Part shown: in pieces, positions 52,568 through 62,129 of the stretch
How the letters are laid out: every line of letters starts with the position of its first letter
How positions within the stretch are numbered: the first letter of the stretch is position 1
Assembly (NCBI GenBank): GCA_965217585.1
Contig: OZ244561.1
Location: 4,160,001 to 4,224,000, forward strand
Direction of reading: 5' to 3'
From: Candidatus Latescibacterota bacterium
Lineage (GTDB): Bacteria > Latescibacterota > UBA2968 > UBA8231
DNA length: 64,000 bases
Program-made: the position numbers and the translations under genes
Notes under the pieces: model-generated
The model's input: the letters and a program-made list of their open reading frames with translations, nothing else
Database searches by the model: none
Told to the model about the DNA's origin: nothing

Positions 52568-54135
52568 CTCCCGCCTCTGCCAATCTCTGTCTCCAGTGGG
52601 TATTTTCGCACCTCGCCCGGTGCTAGCTCAATGCGCTGCCAGTCGGCCGCCCCCGCCATGCGCCACTCCAGCGCCTGCCGCTCCTCGCCCCCATTGTAAA
52701 ACAGCACTGTGCCCGGTCCACTGACCGGCGGTTGCAAAAGCGCCAGGATCTGCTCGGGCAAATGGCCTGCGGCCCACTCGACCAGCGGCACCACCGCGCC
52801 CTGTATCTCGCGCGTGCCCATCAACAACGTCCCATAGCAACCCGTCACCGCCCCGCAGCCCCAATTGCGCCCGTGTCCCGCCGCCACCGAGCAAATCGCC
52901 CCGCCCATATCGGCGTGTTCGCGCCCGCCGCGCAACACTCGCCGGGCCATGGCGAATTTGGCCGCCGCCGCCCCCAGCGCCCGCCGGGCCATGGTCCGCT
53001 CGCCCGTCAATTGATACCCCAGCGCCAATGCCGCCGTGCTCGGCTCGCGCGAGGGCTGCACCGAGCCATCTTCTGCCCAATGGCCCCAGTAAATCATGTC
53101 GCTGCGTTTGCCCACCCCCGGCTCGCGACGCTTCCGCTCTTGGGCAAAGACCATCGCCCACGGTGCTTCCGGCTCGGTGGGTTGCCGAGCCAGTACCGCG
53201 CACATCGCGTCGTCCAGCGAGGAATCGGCGAAGGTCCGGCGATAGTAGGAGAGCGCGGCGGCGGCCGGGTCGGCGTAGGGATCGAGCAATTCGCCGATTA
53301 GCGGCTCGACAATTCTCTTCGCCGCGCAGCGAAAGATATCGTCTCTCTCCAGCAAAAAGAGATCGCCCAGCGCGTAAACCGCGCCCGACGCCAGCAGATT
53401 TTCGATACCAGCGAGTGGGTCGGCGGCGATGTGGTGGTTGTTGGCGGCCATGCCCCGCTCTGCGCGGGTCTGCAAATTTTCTGGCTGCAATCCACGCCCG
53501 TCCAGATCCCACAACACGGGCATCGGTTCGTCCGCTGCAAGCAACCGCTCGGCCCGCTTGCGCCCATAGCGCAGTGCCCAGTCGCAATAGCGCGCCTCGC
53601 CAGTGACGCGCCAGGCGGCCAGCGCAATGTGCAAAAAGCGGAAGTGCTCGGCCAACTCGCGATCGCCGTGCACCCCACCGACGGTCCGCGTGCCGATCCA
53701 GTAGCTCAAAAAGACATCGCGCGTCCAGTCGTACCAAGCGGGCACACCCTCGATCCAGTTGCCGATGTGGTGCGCTACGTCGTCGAGCAGGGCGGCGGCT
53801 TCTCTGTCGTCGGGAAAGAGTCCCAGATAGCGGGGCAAAAACAACAAAAAGGGCTCGGTGCCGTGGTGGGCCTCGGCTTCGGGCTCGTACCCGTGCAGGC
53901 ACTCGGCTCCAACCCAGGCCTTGAGGTCATTGACCAGCGAGCGAAACCGCACCGCGATCCGCTCGTCGCCGCTGACCAGATAATGCGGAAAGAAGGCCAG
54001 CGCGAAATTGGCCTCGTCCTCGCCGCCTTGGTTTTTGTCCGGCCCGTCGCGGCGAATGCTCTGCTCGACCCACAGCGAGAGTTCGCGCCGCAATGCCACA
54101 TAGTGCGCGTAGGTCTGTGCCAGTTCGTCGATCAT
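52552..54135 (-). CDS. Conserved hypothetical protein (possible alpha/alpha toroid)
   Basis: Long ORF with host-like codon usage; start moved to ATG 54135, downstream of the tRNA terminator; EAHHGTE, HFRF, GREHAD motifs. Confidence 0.7.
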   Translation of the reverse strand: MIDELAQTYAHYVALRRELSLWVEQSIRRDGPDKNQGGEDEANFALAFFPHYLVSGDERIAVRFRSLVNDLKAWVGAECLHGYEPEAEAHHGTEPFLLFLPRYLGLFPDDREAAALLDDVAHHIGNWIEGVPAWYDWTRDVFLSYWIGTRTVGGVHGDRELAEHFRFLHIALAAWRVTGEARYCDWALRYGRKRAERLLAADEPMPVLWDLDGRGLQPENLQTRAERGMAANNHHIAADPLAGIENLLASGAVYALGDLFLLERDDIFRCAAKRIVEPLIGELLDPYADPAAAALSYYRRTFADSSLDDAMCAVLARQPTEPEAPWAMVFAQERKRREPGVGKRSDMIYWGHWAEDGSVQPSREPSTAALALGYQLTGERTMARRALGAAAAKFAMARRVLRGGREHADMGGAICSVAAGHGRNWGCGAVTGCYGTLLMGTREIQGAVVPLVEWAAGHLPEQILALLQPPVSGPGTVLFYNGGEERQALEWRMAGAADWQRIELAPGEVRKYPLETEIGRGGRWGTP

Positions 54136-54179
54136 TTCAGTGTGGGGCCGCGTAAGTGCTTGAAAAAAAGCCAGATATG

Positions 54180-54214
54180 ACAAGCCCCCGAGGAAACGAT
54201 CCCCGGGGGCTTGT
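54180..54214 (-). terminator. Hairpin downstream of tRNA-Met
   Basis: ACAAGCCCCCG ... CGGGGGCTTGT, 11-bp stem. Confidence 0.65.
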
Positions 54215-54252
54215 GTTAAACGACAAACCGCCAAAGTTAGCGACAGGAAATA

Positions 54253-54329
54253 TGGTAGCGGCGAAGGGACTCGAACCCCCGACCTACGGATTATGATTCC
54301 GCTGCTCTAACCAACTGAGCTACGCCGCC
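54253..54329 (-). tRNA. tRNA-Met (CAT), elongator type
   Basis: GGCGGCGTAGCTCAGTTGGTTAGAGCAGCGGAATCATAATCCGTAGGTCGGGGGTTCGAGTCCCTTCGCCGCTACCA; lacks the initiator C1:A72 mismatch and GGG:CCC stem; Ile2 not fully excluded. Confidence 0.92.
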
Positions 54330-54343
54330 AAAAACTTGTCTAA

Positions 54344-54372
54344 AAGCTAGACGGCGGAGCGTTTCTTGTCAA
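54344..54372 (-). promoter_or_regulatory. Sigma70-type promoter of tRNA-Met
   Basis: Minus strand TTGACA, 17 bp, TAGCTT. Confidence 0.65.
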
Positions 54373-54378
54373 CAGGCA

Positions 54379-57267
54379 TCAAAAGGCAAAGAGCGCGTCG
54401 AGGCTCAGTTCGACGATCTCGCCCTGCGCTGCTAGGGCCTCAAAGTCCATTTTGCTCTTGTCGCCTGTGATTGAGATCAGCTTGGGACGCCCCTGGACGT
54501 GCTGGCGGTAGAATTCAAGCACCTCGTCGAGGTCGCTGGCTTGGATTTGCTCAAAGCGCCAAGAGCGCGGGTCGCCGGCCAGTCCCTTGCGCTCCCAGCC
54601 ACGCACGGCCCCCAGCACCGAGCGGAACCCGAGTCGTTCAGTGCGGTACTTGTTGAGTACTGAAAGCTGTGCGGCGGTAAAGCGCTCGGGCGAGGAGGGA
54701 ATGTCGTCGAGCAGGCCGACGAAGGCCGCAACCGCTTCGGGCGTTTTGTCGGCTTGAGTGCCCATACCGCCGACCATGTAGTTGTAGTCGGCTTTGTCGC
54801 GACCGTTGAAGTAGAGGGCACCCACCGAGTAGGCCAAGGCCCGCGCTTCGCGGATCTCTTGGAATACGATGCCAGCCATGCCGCCGTAGAAGTAGTCGTT
54901 GAACAACTCGACTGCTGGCTCGAGCGCCGCTTGGTAGGGCACGTCCACGTATTCGATCCTCACTAGGGCTTGGGCCATTTCCTTGTTGAAGAAGTATATC
55001 TGGGTTTTTTCGGGCTGGGTAAATTCCAAAACCTGATAGGGCGGCGGCTCGACCGGAGACTCAGACAGCGGGTAGTGCTGGGCGAGGATGGCTTGTACGT
55101 CCTCGATGGGTTGCGATCCGGTGTAGCTGAGGGTCTGGCGATAGGAGAGCAAGCTGCTGAGTAGGTCGATAAGCTCTTCGCGGCCGAGAGCGCGAACTTC
55201 CTCGTTGGAGCGGACCCGGCGGTAGTACGCCATGTCGCCCAAGCGGTGGTAGCGGTAGAGAGCTTCGTGGATGGTGCGGTGATCCTTGAGCGCGTCGTCG
55301 CGCCGAGCGATGATGATGGACTGAAGCTCGGCGAGGGTGGCGTCGTCGGTGGTCGGGCCGTGCATCAGCTCGGACAACAAGGCGAGCGACGCAGCGAAGT
55401 TGTCGTCGAGACCAGCAATGGAAATCGTGGTCTCTTGGTCGCTGACGCTCATCCTAAAGTCGGTGCCTAACTTGTACCACTCCTTTTTCAGTTCTTCGGA
55501 GGTAAGGCGCGGGATGCCCGACTTGTCGAGCAGTTCGCGAGCCACGGGCAGGCGATTTTCGCTTAGGGAACCGATGTCGATTGAGATAGAAAATTCGAAG
55601 AGGTCGTTGAGCGGGTTGCGGGCGTAGTAGAGCTTGCTGCCGCCCACTAGCTCGCGGGTGGTAAAGTCGCGCTCGGGCACGAGGTAGGCTGGCTCGACCT
55701 CCGCAAAGGGCATGGCCATGACCTTTGCGGAAAAGGCCGATTGGCGCGAGGCATCGATGTCGATTTTGTCGATGGGCGGCTTGGCGATCTCGGGTATGTC
55801 CTGTTCGCCGTCGCGGCGGTAGCCGGCGACATGCGCTCCGTTGAAATACTTATTGGCGACTTTGACGATGTCTTGCTTCTCGATCTCGGCCATGCGGTCG
55901 AGGGCACGCACCGCGTGGCTCCATTCCTCAAACCCGAGATACGAATCGCGCATGGAGCTGACCCGAGAATTGTTGTTTTCCTGCCCCTGCTTTACGCTCT
56001 TCTTGAAATCGGTGACAATGGCCGGGATGATCCAATCCTCGAATTGCCCCTCCTTGATCAGGTCGATCTGCTCCAAGAGCAGGGCTTCGACTTCCTCAAG
56101 GGTCTGGTCCTGTTTGGGGATGCCCCACAAGTACTGGGCGCCGTAGTCGTTGAGTAGATAAGGGTAGGAGCCGGCTTCGCGCACCTTCTGCTGCTGATTG
56201 AGATTGAGGTTGATTAGGCCGGCCGTGGCGTTGTCGAGGATCATGTCGAGGATCTGCAGGGCCTCGGCGTCTCCGTGTGTGCGCTGCGCCGTGCGAAAAG
56301 CCAAAAGCACGTATTCCTCGCCGGGATAATCGACCTCGACCCGTTCCACTTCGTCGATTGCAGGCTCTTTGTACTCGGGGAATTGAGGCAGTTCCCTGCG
56401 CTCCCAGAGAGCAAATTCGCGGTCGATGAGCTGGATGGTCTCGTCGATGTCGATATCACCTGAAATGAAGATCGCCATGTTGTTGGGCACGTAATACGTG
56501 TGGTAAAACTCGTACATGCGCTCTAGCGAGGGGTTTTTCAAGTGCTCTACCGTGCCTAGCGTGGTGACGCGGTAGGGATGGACCTTGTAGAATTGCTCCT
56601 GCACGGCCTTGCGGATGACGCGGCCCTTGTTGTCGAGGGAGCGGTTTTTTTCCTCATAGACGGTTTCCAGTTCGGTTTGGAAGAGGCGGAAGACGGGATG
56701 GTGAAAGCGCTCGGCCTCGATCTTGGCCCATTGCGCTAGGCGATTGGCTGGCAGTTCCACCTTATAGACGGTTTCCTCGACCCAGGTGTGAGCGTTGAGG
56801 CCGCTTTCGCCCATCGCGGTGTAGAGGCGGTCTAGTTCATTGGGAATGGCGTAAGCGGCGGCGAGTTGATTTTCGGCGTTGATCTGTGCGTAGATTGCGG
56901 CCCTTTTTTTTGGGTTGGTCTCGCCAAAGTGCTGCTCGTAGAGCGCCTCGATGCGGTCGAGGTGGACCTGCTCCTTTTCGTAGTCGAGGGTGCCGATTTT
57001 TTTGCTGCCCTTGAAGAGCATGTGTTCCAGATAATGGGCAATGCCGGTGGCGTCTTGAGGGTCGTGTTTGGAGCCGGCGCGAACGGCGATTTCGGCGTAG
57101 AAGCGCGGTTCTTCTCTGTTTTGGGTCAGATATACCGTAAGGCCGTTGTCCAATTGGTAGATATGGGCCGCCATGGGATCTTTGGGGTCCGGGCCGTGGA
57201 GTAGGTTGTACTCGGCGGGAAGGGCCTCGGCCAAGACGAAAAAGAAAAGCGCGTACAGCAGGGGCAT
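54379..57267 (-). CDS. M16 (insulinase-family) zinc peptidase, exported
   Basis: Signal-like N-terminus, LDNGL, HYLEHMLFKG, NAHT, EIREARALAY. Confidence 0.93.
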   Translation of the reverse strand: MPLLYALFFFVLAEALPAEYNLLHGPDPKDPMAAHIYQLDNGLTVYLTQNREEPRFYAEIAVRAGSKHDPQDATGIAHYLEHMLFKGSKKIGTLDYEKEQVHLDRIEALYEQHFGETNPKKRAAIYAQINAENQLAAAYAIPNELDRLYTAMGESGLNAHTWVEETVYKVELPANRLAQWAKIEAERFHHPVFRLFQTELETVYEEKNRSLDNKGRVIRKAVQEQFYKVHPYRVTTLGTVEHLKNPSLERMYEFYHTYYVPNNMAIFISGDIDIDETIQLIDREFALWERRELPQFPEYKEPAIDEVERVEVDYPGEEYVLLAFRTAQRTHGDAEALQILDMILDNATAGLINLNLNQQQKVREAGSYPYLLNDYGAQYLWGIPKQDQTLEEVEALLLEQIDLIKEGQFEDWIIPAIVTDFKKSVKQGQENNNSRVSSMRDSYLGFEEWSHAVRALDRMAEIEKQDIVKVANKYFNGAHVAGYRRDGEQDIPEIAKPPIDKIDIDASRQSAFSAKVMAMPFAEVEPAYLVPERDFTTRELVGGSKLYYARNPLNDLFEFSISIDIGSLSENRLPVARELLDKSGIPRLTSEELKKEWYKLGTDFRMSVSDQETTISIAGLDDNFAASLALLSELMHGPTTDDATLAELQSIIIARRDDALKDHRTIHEALYRYHRLGDMAYYRRVRSNEEVRALGREELIDLLSSLLSYRQTLSYTGSQPIEDVQAILAQHYPLSESPVEPPPYQVLEFTQPEKTQIYFFNKEMAQALVRIEYVDVPYQAALEPAVELFNDYFYGGMAGIVFQEIREARALAYSVGALYFNGRDKADYNYMVGGMGTQADKTPEAVAAFVGLLDDIPSSPERFTAAQLSVLNKYRTERLGFRSVLGAVRGWERKGLAGDPRSWRFEQIQASDLDEVLEFYRQHVQGRPKLISITGDKSKMDFEALAAQGEIVELSLDALFAF

Positions 57268-57452
57268 AATCGATCCTTTGTTCGGGTGTGGATTGTGCAA
57301 CGGGATCATCGGAAATACGAAAAAGGGGTGAACTATGGCAAGTCCGCAAGAAAGCCTGTAGAGCGCTGGCTTGGCACGTTTTTTTCTTTGTTGTACACGA
57401 CGCAGTGCAGAGGCCCCGTGGTGTGGTCCTTGGGTAACGAGAAGCGGGCAAA

Positions 57453-58121
57453 ATGGAAACACTACAGACGTGGGGTCGTGCCCTGTTGGACTTTGCCTAT
57501 CCGCCGCACTGCGCGGTTTGCGAAGCGGACATCGAGGCCGCTGCGCTGCTGTGCGGGTCGTGCTGGGCGGAGATTGTGCCGCGCCGTCCGCGTCCTCACG
57601 CCGAGGACGGAGGACGTGCGTTTGAAAAGGTCGTCTCCCTCGGGCCGTTCACCGGCGTGCTGCAACAGGCCATTTACGCGCTTAAATTTCGCAACCAAGT
57701 GCGGCTAGGAAGGGCATTGGGCCAGTGCATGGGGCAGTGCTTGGCAGAGCAACTCGCCCCGCTGGACTGCTTATTGCCCGTGCCTTTGCACCCAGCTCGG
57801 CTGCGGGAGCGCGGGTACAATCAGAGTGCGGAAATTGCCGCCGGGTTGGGGGCCGTGCTCGGCGTGCCCGTGTGCCACGGGGTCGTGCGTCGGCGGAGAA
57901 ATACTCGGCAGCAAGCCCTCTTGTCGGCGGAGGAACGCCGCGCCAATCTTCGCGGTGCCTTTGCGCTCGTGGGCGCGCCGCCCGCAAGCGCTCGGATCGG
58001 GATAGTAGATGACGTGTGGACGACCGGAGAGACCATGGCTGCTTGTGCCCAAGCCGTGGGGGGCGACCGCCTGTGGGCCGTTGTATTGGCGCGCTCGGGC
58101 GCGGGCGATCTATTGACCTAA
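57453..58121 (+). CDS. ComF-family protein (zinc ribbon + phosphoribosyltransferase)
   Basis: CAVC...CGSC, PVPLH..R..ERGYNQS, VDDVWTTG. Confidence 0.9.
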   Translation: METLQTWGRALLDFAYPPHCAVCEADIEAAALLCGSCWAEIVPRRPRPHAEDGGRAFEKVVSLGPFTGVLQQAIYALKFRNQVRLGRALGQCMGQCLAEQLAPLDCLLPVPLHPARLRERGYNQSAEIAAGLGAVLGVPVCHGVVRRRRNTRQQALLSAEERRANLRGAFALVGAPPASARIGIVDDVWTTGETMAACAQAVGGDRLWAVVLARSGAGDLLT

Positions 58122-58210
58122 TTCTAATAAGTTCCTACATTTAGACCCTTTTGAAATCCCCCATACTCCAAGCTATACTCAGAGTTGGCCGCGAACCAAG
58201 GAGTCCGAAT

Positions 58211-59263
58211 ATGGCCGAAAAGACGATCGGCATATTGACCGGAGGAGGCGACTGTCCGGGTCTTAACGCCGTCATTCGCGCTGTGGTGCGCAAGGGCATC
58301 ACTGGATACCGATACCGCTTTCGCGGCATCCTCAAGGGCTGGAAAGGGATGATGGAATGCGACTGGGAGCCTTTGGGTCTGGAGGAGATTTCCGGCATCT
58401 TGCCCAAGGGCGGCACCATCCTCGGTACGTCGCGCACCAACCCGTTCAAAGAGGAAGACGGCGGCGAAATCGTCGTCGATAATATGCGGCGGATGAAGTT
58501 GGGTGCGCTCGTGGCCATCGGCGGCGAGGACACGCTGGGGGTGGCCAACAAGCTAGCGAGCATGAGCGTGCCGGTCGTAGGTGTGCCCAAGACCATCGAC
58601 AATGACCTGAACGGCACGGACTATACTTTTGGTTTTGACACCGCGGTCAATATCGTCACCGAGGCCATCGACCGGATCCACACCACGGCCGAATCCCACA
58701 ACCGAGTGATGGTCATCGAGGTTATGGGGCGGCACAGCGGTTGGATCGCCCTCCACGCTGGCTTGGCCGGTGGCGCGGACATGATCCTCATCCCCGAGCA
58801 GAAATACACCATCCAAGAAATCGTCAGCACCATCCGCAAGCGACACGAGCGCGGCAAGGACTTTTCGATCGTGGTAGTCGCCGAGGGAGCGCAACTAGTT
58901 TCCGAGGAGGGCGGGGAGGACGAATACGTGGTCTCCAAGGGGGGGCTCGACGAGTTCGGCCACGTCAAGCTAGGCGGCATCGGCCAACTCGTCGCCCACG
59001 CAGTCGAGGAGGCAACGAGCTACGAGACGCGGGTTACTGTGCTGGGGCACCTGCAGCGTGGGGGGACGCCCACGGCCTTTGACCGCGTCTTGGGCACGCG
59101 CTTTGGTATTGCCGCCATCGACTTGGTTCACGCAGACGACTTCGGCAAGATGGTGAGTCTGCAAGGCAATGAAATCGTGGCGATTCCGCTCGCCGAGGCG
59201 GTCAATCAGCTCAAGCTCGTGGACCAAGAGCTATACGACCTAGCCACGGTATTCTTCGGTTGA
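58211..59263 (+). CDS. pfkA: 6-phosphofructokinase, group III
   Basis: GGGDCPGLN, GGEDT, PKTIDND, EVMGR, LGHLQRGG. Confidence 0.95.
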   Translation: MAEKTIGILTGGGDCPGLNAVIRAVVRKGITGYRYRFRGILKGWKGMMECDWEPLGLEEISGILPKGGTILGTSRTNPFKEEDGGEIVVDNMRRMKLGALVAIGGEDTLGVANKLASMSVPVVGVPKTIDNDLNGTDYTFGFDTAVNIVTEAIDRIHTTAESHNRVMVIEVMGRHSGWIALHAGLAGGADMILIPEQKYTIQEIVSTIRKRHERGKDFSIVVVAEGAQLVSEEGGEDEYVVSKGGLDEFGHVKLGGIGQLVAHAVEEATSYETRVTVLGHLQRGGTPTAFDRVLGTRFGIAAIDLVHADDFGKMVSLQGNEIVAIPLAEAVNQLKLVDQELYDLATVFFG

Positions 59264-59267
59264 TTTT

Positions 59268-60470
59268 ATGGCCAAGCGCACCATCAGGGATTTCGATGTC
59301 GCTGGCAAGCGGGTCCTCGTGCGAGTGGATTTCAACGTGCCACTCGCCGAGGCTGGCCGGATCGTCGACGACACGCGGATTCGCGCAGCTCTGCCAACGG
59401 TCGAGCACTTATTGGCGCAGGGTGCGTCCATAATTCTGATGTCGCACTTGGGCCGCCCCCGTGGCCGACGAGTACCCGCGCTGTCGCTGGCCCCGATAGC
59501 CGAGCGCCTGAGCCAGTTGTTGGGCCGCGCAGTGGGCATGGCTCCAGACTGCGTGGGTGCCGAGGTTGCAGCTCAAGCCGCTGCCTTGCAGCCGGGGCAG
59601 GTCCTACTCTTAGAGAATGTGCGCTTCCACCCGGAAGAGGAGCAAAACGAGCGGACTTTTGCGCAGCACTTGGCCGAACTAGGCGATGCGTACGTCAACG
59701 ACGCTTTTGGGGCGGCGCACCGGGCCCACGCCTCGACCGAGGGAGTGCCGCGCTGTATGGGCGCGGGGGCCAGCGGCCTGTTGATGGAGCGGGAAATTTC
59801 CTATCTCGACGAGACTCTGCGCCGTCCGCAGCGGCCATTTACCGCCATTTTGGGCGGGGCCAAAATATCGGGTAAGATCGAGCTGATTGAGCACTTGCTC
59901 GACCGAGTGGATGTCCTGCTCATCGGCGGCGGCATGGCCTATACCTTTTTCAAGGCCATGGGGTTGGAGATCGGAGATTCGCTGCTCGAAGAGGACCGCC
60001 TAGATACGGCCCGACAACTATTGACCCGAGTCGAAAATGGCGGGTTGGATCTCCAGCTTCCTGCGGATTGCGTGGTCGCCGACCGCTTTGCCGCCGACGC
60101 TCAGGCGCAAGTGGTCGCCCGCGACGCCATACCACGCGGTTGGCAGGGCATGGACATCGGCCCCCAGACCAGAAAGTGCTACGCCGACCAGATCGCCCGG
60201 GGAGGCACCATAGTGTGGAACGGCCCCCTCGGAGTCTGCGAGATGGTGCCCTTTGCCCAGGGGACCCAACAGGTCGCCCAAGCCCTAGCTGTCGCTACCC
60301 GCGCGGGTGCCTTGAGCATTATTGGCGGTGGAGACACGGCCGCGGCTATAGCCCAGGCCGGATTGGCCCCAGCGATGACCCACATCTCCACAGGCGGTGG
60401 GGCGTCCTTGGAGTGCATGAGCGGACGGGTCTTGCCCGGAGTGGCGGCCTTGGATGAAGAGGAAAGCTGA
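59268..60470 (+). CDS. pgk: Phosphoglycerate kinase
   Basis: RVDFNVP, SHLGRP, NDAFGAAHRAH, GGGDT, STGGGASLE. Confidence 0.97.
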   Translation: MAKRTIRDFDVAGKRVLVRVDFNVPLAEAGRIVDDTRIRAALPTVEHLLAQGASIILMSHLGRPRGRRVPALSLAPIAERLSQLLGRAVGMAPDCVGAEVAAQAAALQPGQVLLLENVRFHPEEEQNERTFAQHLAELGDAYVNDAFGAAHRAHASTEGVPRCMGAGASGLLMEREISYLDETLRRPQRPFTAILGGAKISGKIELIEHLLDRVDVLLIGGGMAYTFFKAMGLEIGDSLLEEDRLDTARQLLTRVENGGLDLQLPADCVVADRFAADAQAQVVARDAIPRGWQGMDIGPQTRKCYADQIARGGTIVWNGPLGVCEMVPFAQGTQQVAQALAVATRAGALSIIGGGDTAAAIAQAGLAPAMTHISTGGGASLECMSGRVLPGVAALDEEES

Positions 60471-60471
60471 A

Positions 60472-61223
60472 ATGCGCCGACCCATTGTCGCTGGCAACTG
60501 GAAGATGCACAAGACCGCTGCTGAGGCCGTCGAGCTGGTCGAAGGGATCAAGCCGCTCGTCGCGGGGCTCGACGTAGAAGTCGTCGTCTGCCCGCCCTTC
60601 ACCTGCTTGGAACCCGTGCGCACGGCCCTTGCCGACAGCGCCATTGGGCTGGGGGGCCAGAACATGCACTGGGAGCGGCAGGGAGCTTTTACCGGAGAAA
60701 TATCCTCCGACATGCTCTTGGCGGCGGGTTGCTCTTATGTGTTGCTAGGGCACTCCGAGAGAAGACAGTTTGCGGCGAGGACGACTCGCAGGTCAACCGC
60801 AAGCTAGCCTGCGCCCTCCGAGCCGGCCTGTGCCCGATCGCCTGCGTCGGCGAGACCCTGCAAGAGCGCGAAGCCAACCGAATTGAGGAGGTCGTCCTCG
60901 GCCAAGTCGGCGGTGCGCTCGCCGGGATTGAGGCGAGCGCAGCCAGGGCGGTACTGTGGGCGTACGAGCCGGTTTGGGCTATTGGCACTGGCGTGACGGC
61001 GACGGCCGCGCAAGCCGAAGAGGTACATGCGATGATCCGCCACTTCCTCGCTGAGCACTTGGGAAAAGCAGCCGACGACGAGGTGCGCATCCAGTACGGC
61101 GGCAGCGTCAAGCCCGAAAACGCAGCCGAGCTCTTTGCTCAAGACAACATCGACGGGGGCTTGATCGGCGGCGCCGCGCTGGACGCCGGACATTTTGCCG
61201 CTATTGTGAAAGCCGCCCTTTAA
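60472..61223 (+). pseudogene. tpiA: Triosephosphate isomerase with one frameshift (probably a sequencing error)
   Basis: AGNWKM...GHSERRQF in one frame, GEDD...AYEPVWAIGTG...YGGSV...GGA in another; switch near TTT 60769-60771. Confidence 0.9.
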
Positions 61224-61238
61224 CCTTAAATTTATCTC

Positions 61239-61310
61239 AATTACGAATTGCGAATTGGGGCGGCTGCGGCAGTCATTCGTAATTCGTAATTCCTAATTCT
61301 TAATTCCTAA
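61239..61310. repeat. Inverted arrays of heptamer repeats (STRR-like)
   Basis: AATTACG AATTGCG AATT, GC-rich spacer, then ATTCGT AATTCGT AATTCCT AATTCTT AATTCCT. Confidence 0.8.
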
Positions 61311-61318
61311 GAAAGACT

Positions 61319-61708
61319 ATGTTTGAGATTCTATTTACGATTTTTCATGTGCTGATTTGCTTGCTCCTAGTCGTGACCGTGCTCTTGCAGGCGGGCAAGG
61401 GGGGCGGCTTGGCCGGATCGATCGGCGGTGGCTTAGCCTCTTCCTCGGTGTTGGGCGGCCGCACCGCAGCCACGTTTCTGACCAAGGCCACGACCATTCT
61501 GGCCACGGCTTTTATGCTTAGCTGTTTGGTGCAGTCGGTGGCCTTTCAGACGGCCGAGACCACTCCGACGACGGCGACGCAACGGACGATGTCCGAGGAA
61601 CAGGTGCCAGCGGTGCCTGATATCCCGGAAGCAGAGCACCTGCTGGGCGAGGAGGAAAAGTCGGCCGAGGCCGAAACCGCTGAGGAGCCACCGGCCGAAG
61701 CTCAGTAG
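61319..61708 (+). CDS. secG: Preprotein translocase subunit SecG
   Basis: VLLQAGKGGGL...FLTKAT, typical tpiA-secG-tRNA-Leu order. Confidence 0.95.
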   Translation: MFEILFTIFHVLICLLLVVTVLLQAGKGGGLAGSIGGGLASSSVLGGRTAATFLTKATTILATAFMLSCLVQSVAFQTAETTPTTATQRTMSEEQVPAVPDIPEAEHLLGEEEKSAEAETAEEPPAEAQ

Positions 61709-61728
61709 CAGGCCAGCCTAGTTTTTGA

Positions 61729-61813
61729 GCCGAAGTGGTGAAATTGGTAGACACGCTGTCTTGAGGGGGCAGTGCCTTCGGGCGTCGGGGTTCGAATCCC
61801 CGCTTCGGCACCA
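61729..61813 (+). tRNA. tRNA-Leu (GAG)
   Basis: GCCGAAGTGGTGAAATTGGTAGACACGCTGTCTTGAGGGGGCAGTGCCTTCGGGCGTCGGGGTTCGAATCCCCGCTTCGGCACCA, long variable arm. Confidence 0.95.
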
Positions 61814-61829
61814 TACTGTGTAAGTTAGC

Positions 61830-61863
61830 AAAGGGACTGTACAATCGCACAGTCCCTTTTTTA
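61830..61863. terminator. Intrinsic terminator, possibly bidirectional
   Basis: AAAGGGACTGT-acaatcgc-ACAGTCCCTTT plus T run, between convergent tRNA-Leu and trm112-like gene. Confidence 0.85.
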
Positions 61864-61880
61864 TATGCGCGGCGCGGGCG

Positions 61881-62129
61881 CTAGCGGAGTGGAATGGCCT
61901 CGTCGAGGAGCAGGATGGGGATTTCGTCCTGTATCGGATAGAGGTACGCGCCATCTGCGCGCACCAGCCCGCCGTCAATTTTGCCTTCGATGGTCTTGCC
62001 AGCCCGATTTTTGACTTCCCCGCGCGCGATGCGGCTGTTGAGCTCGGCGATGAGTTCTTCCTCGGCGAGAGCGACCGGCTCTTTAGTCTCGGGACAGGCG
62101 AGAATCGCCAACAGTTCTTTGTCGATCAT
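61881..62129 (-). CDS. Trm112-family protein
   Basis: LLAILACPETK...YPIQDEIPILL. Confidence 0.9.
   Translation of the reverse strand: MIDKELLAILACPETKEPVALAEEELIAELNSRIARGEVKNRAGKTIEGKIDGGLVRADGAYLYPIQDEIPILLLDEAIPLR

Noticed and set aside
47750-54252. Integrative island at the tRNA-Met 3' end
   Set aside because: No integrase and no duplicated tRNA 3' end seen near atpC; only compositional hints.
59268-61223. Programmed pgk-tpi fusion as in Thermotoga
   Set aside because: pgk ends normally, tpiA has its own ATG, and the frameshift lies inside tpiA.
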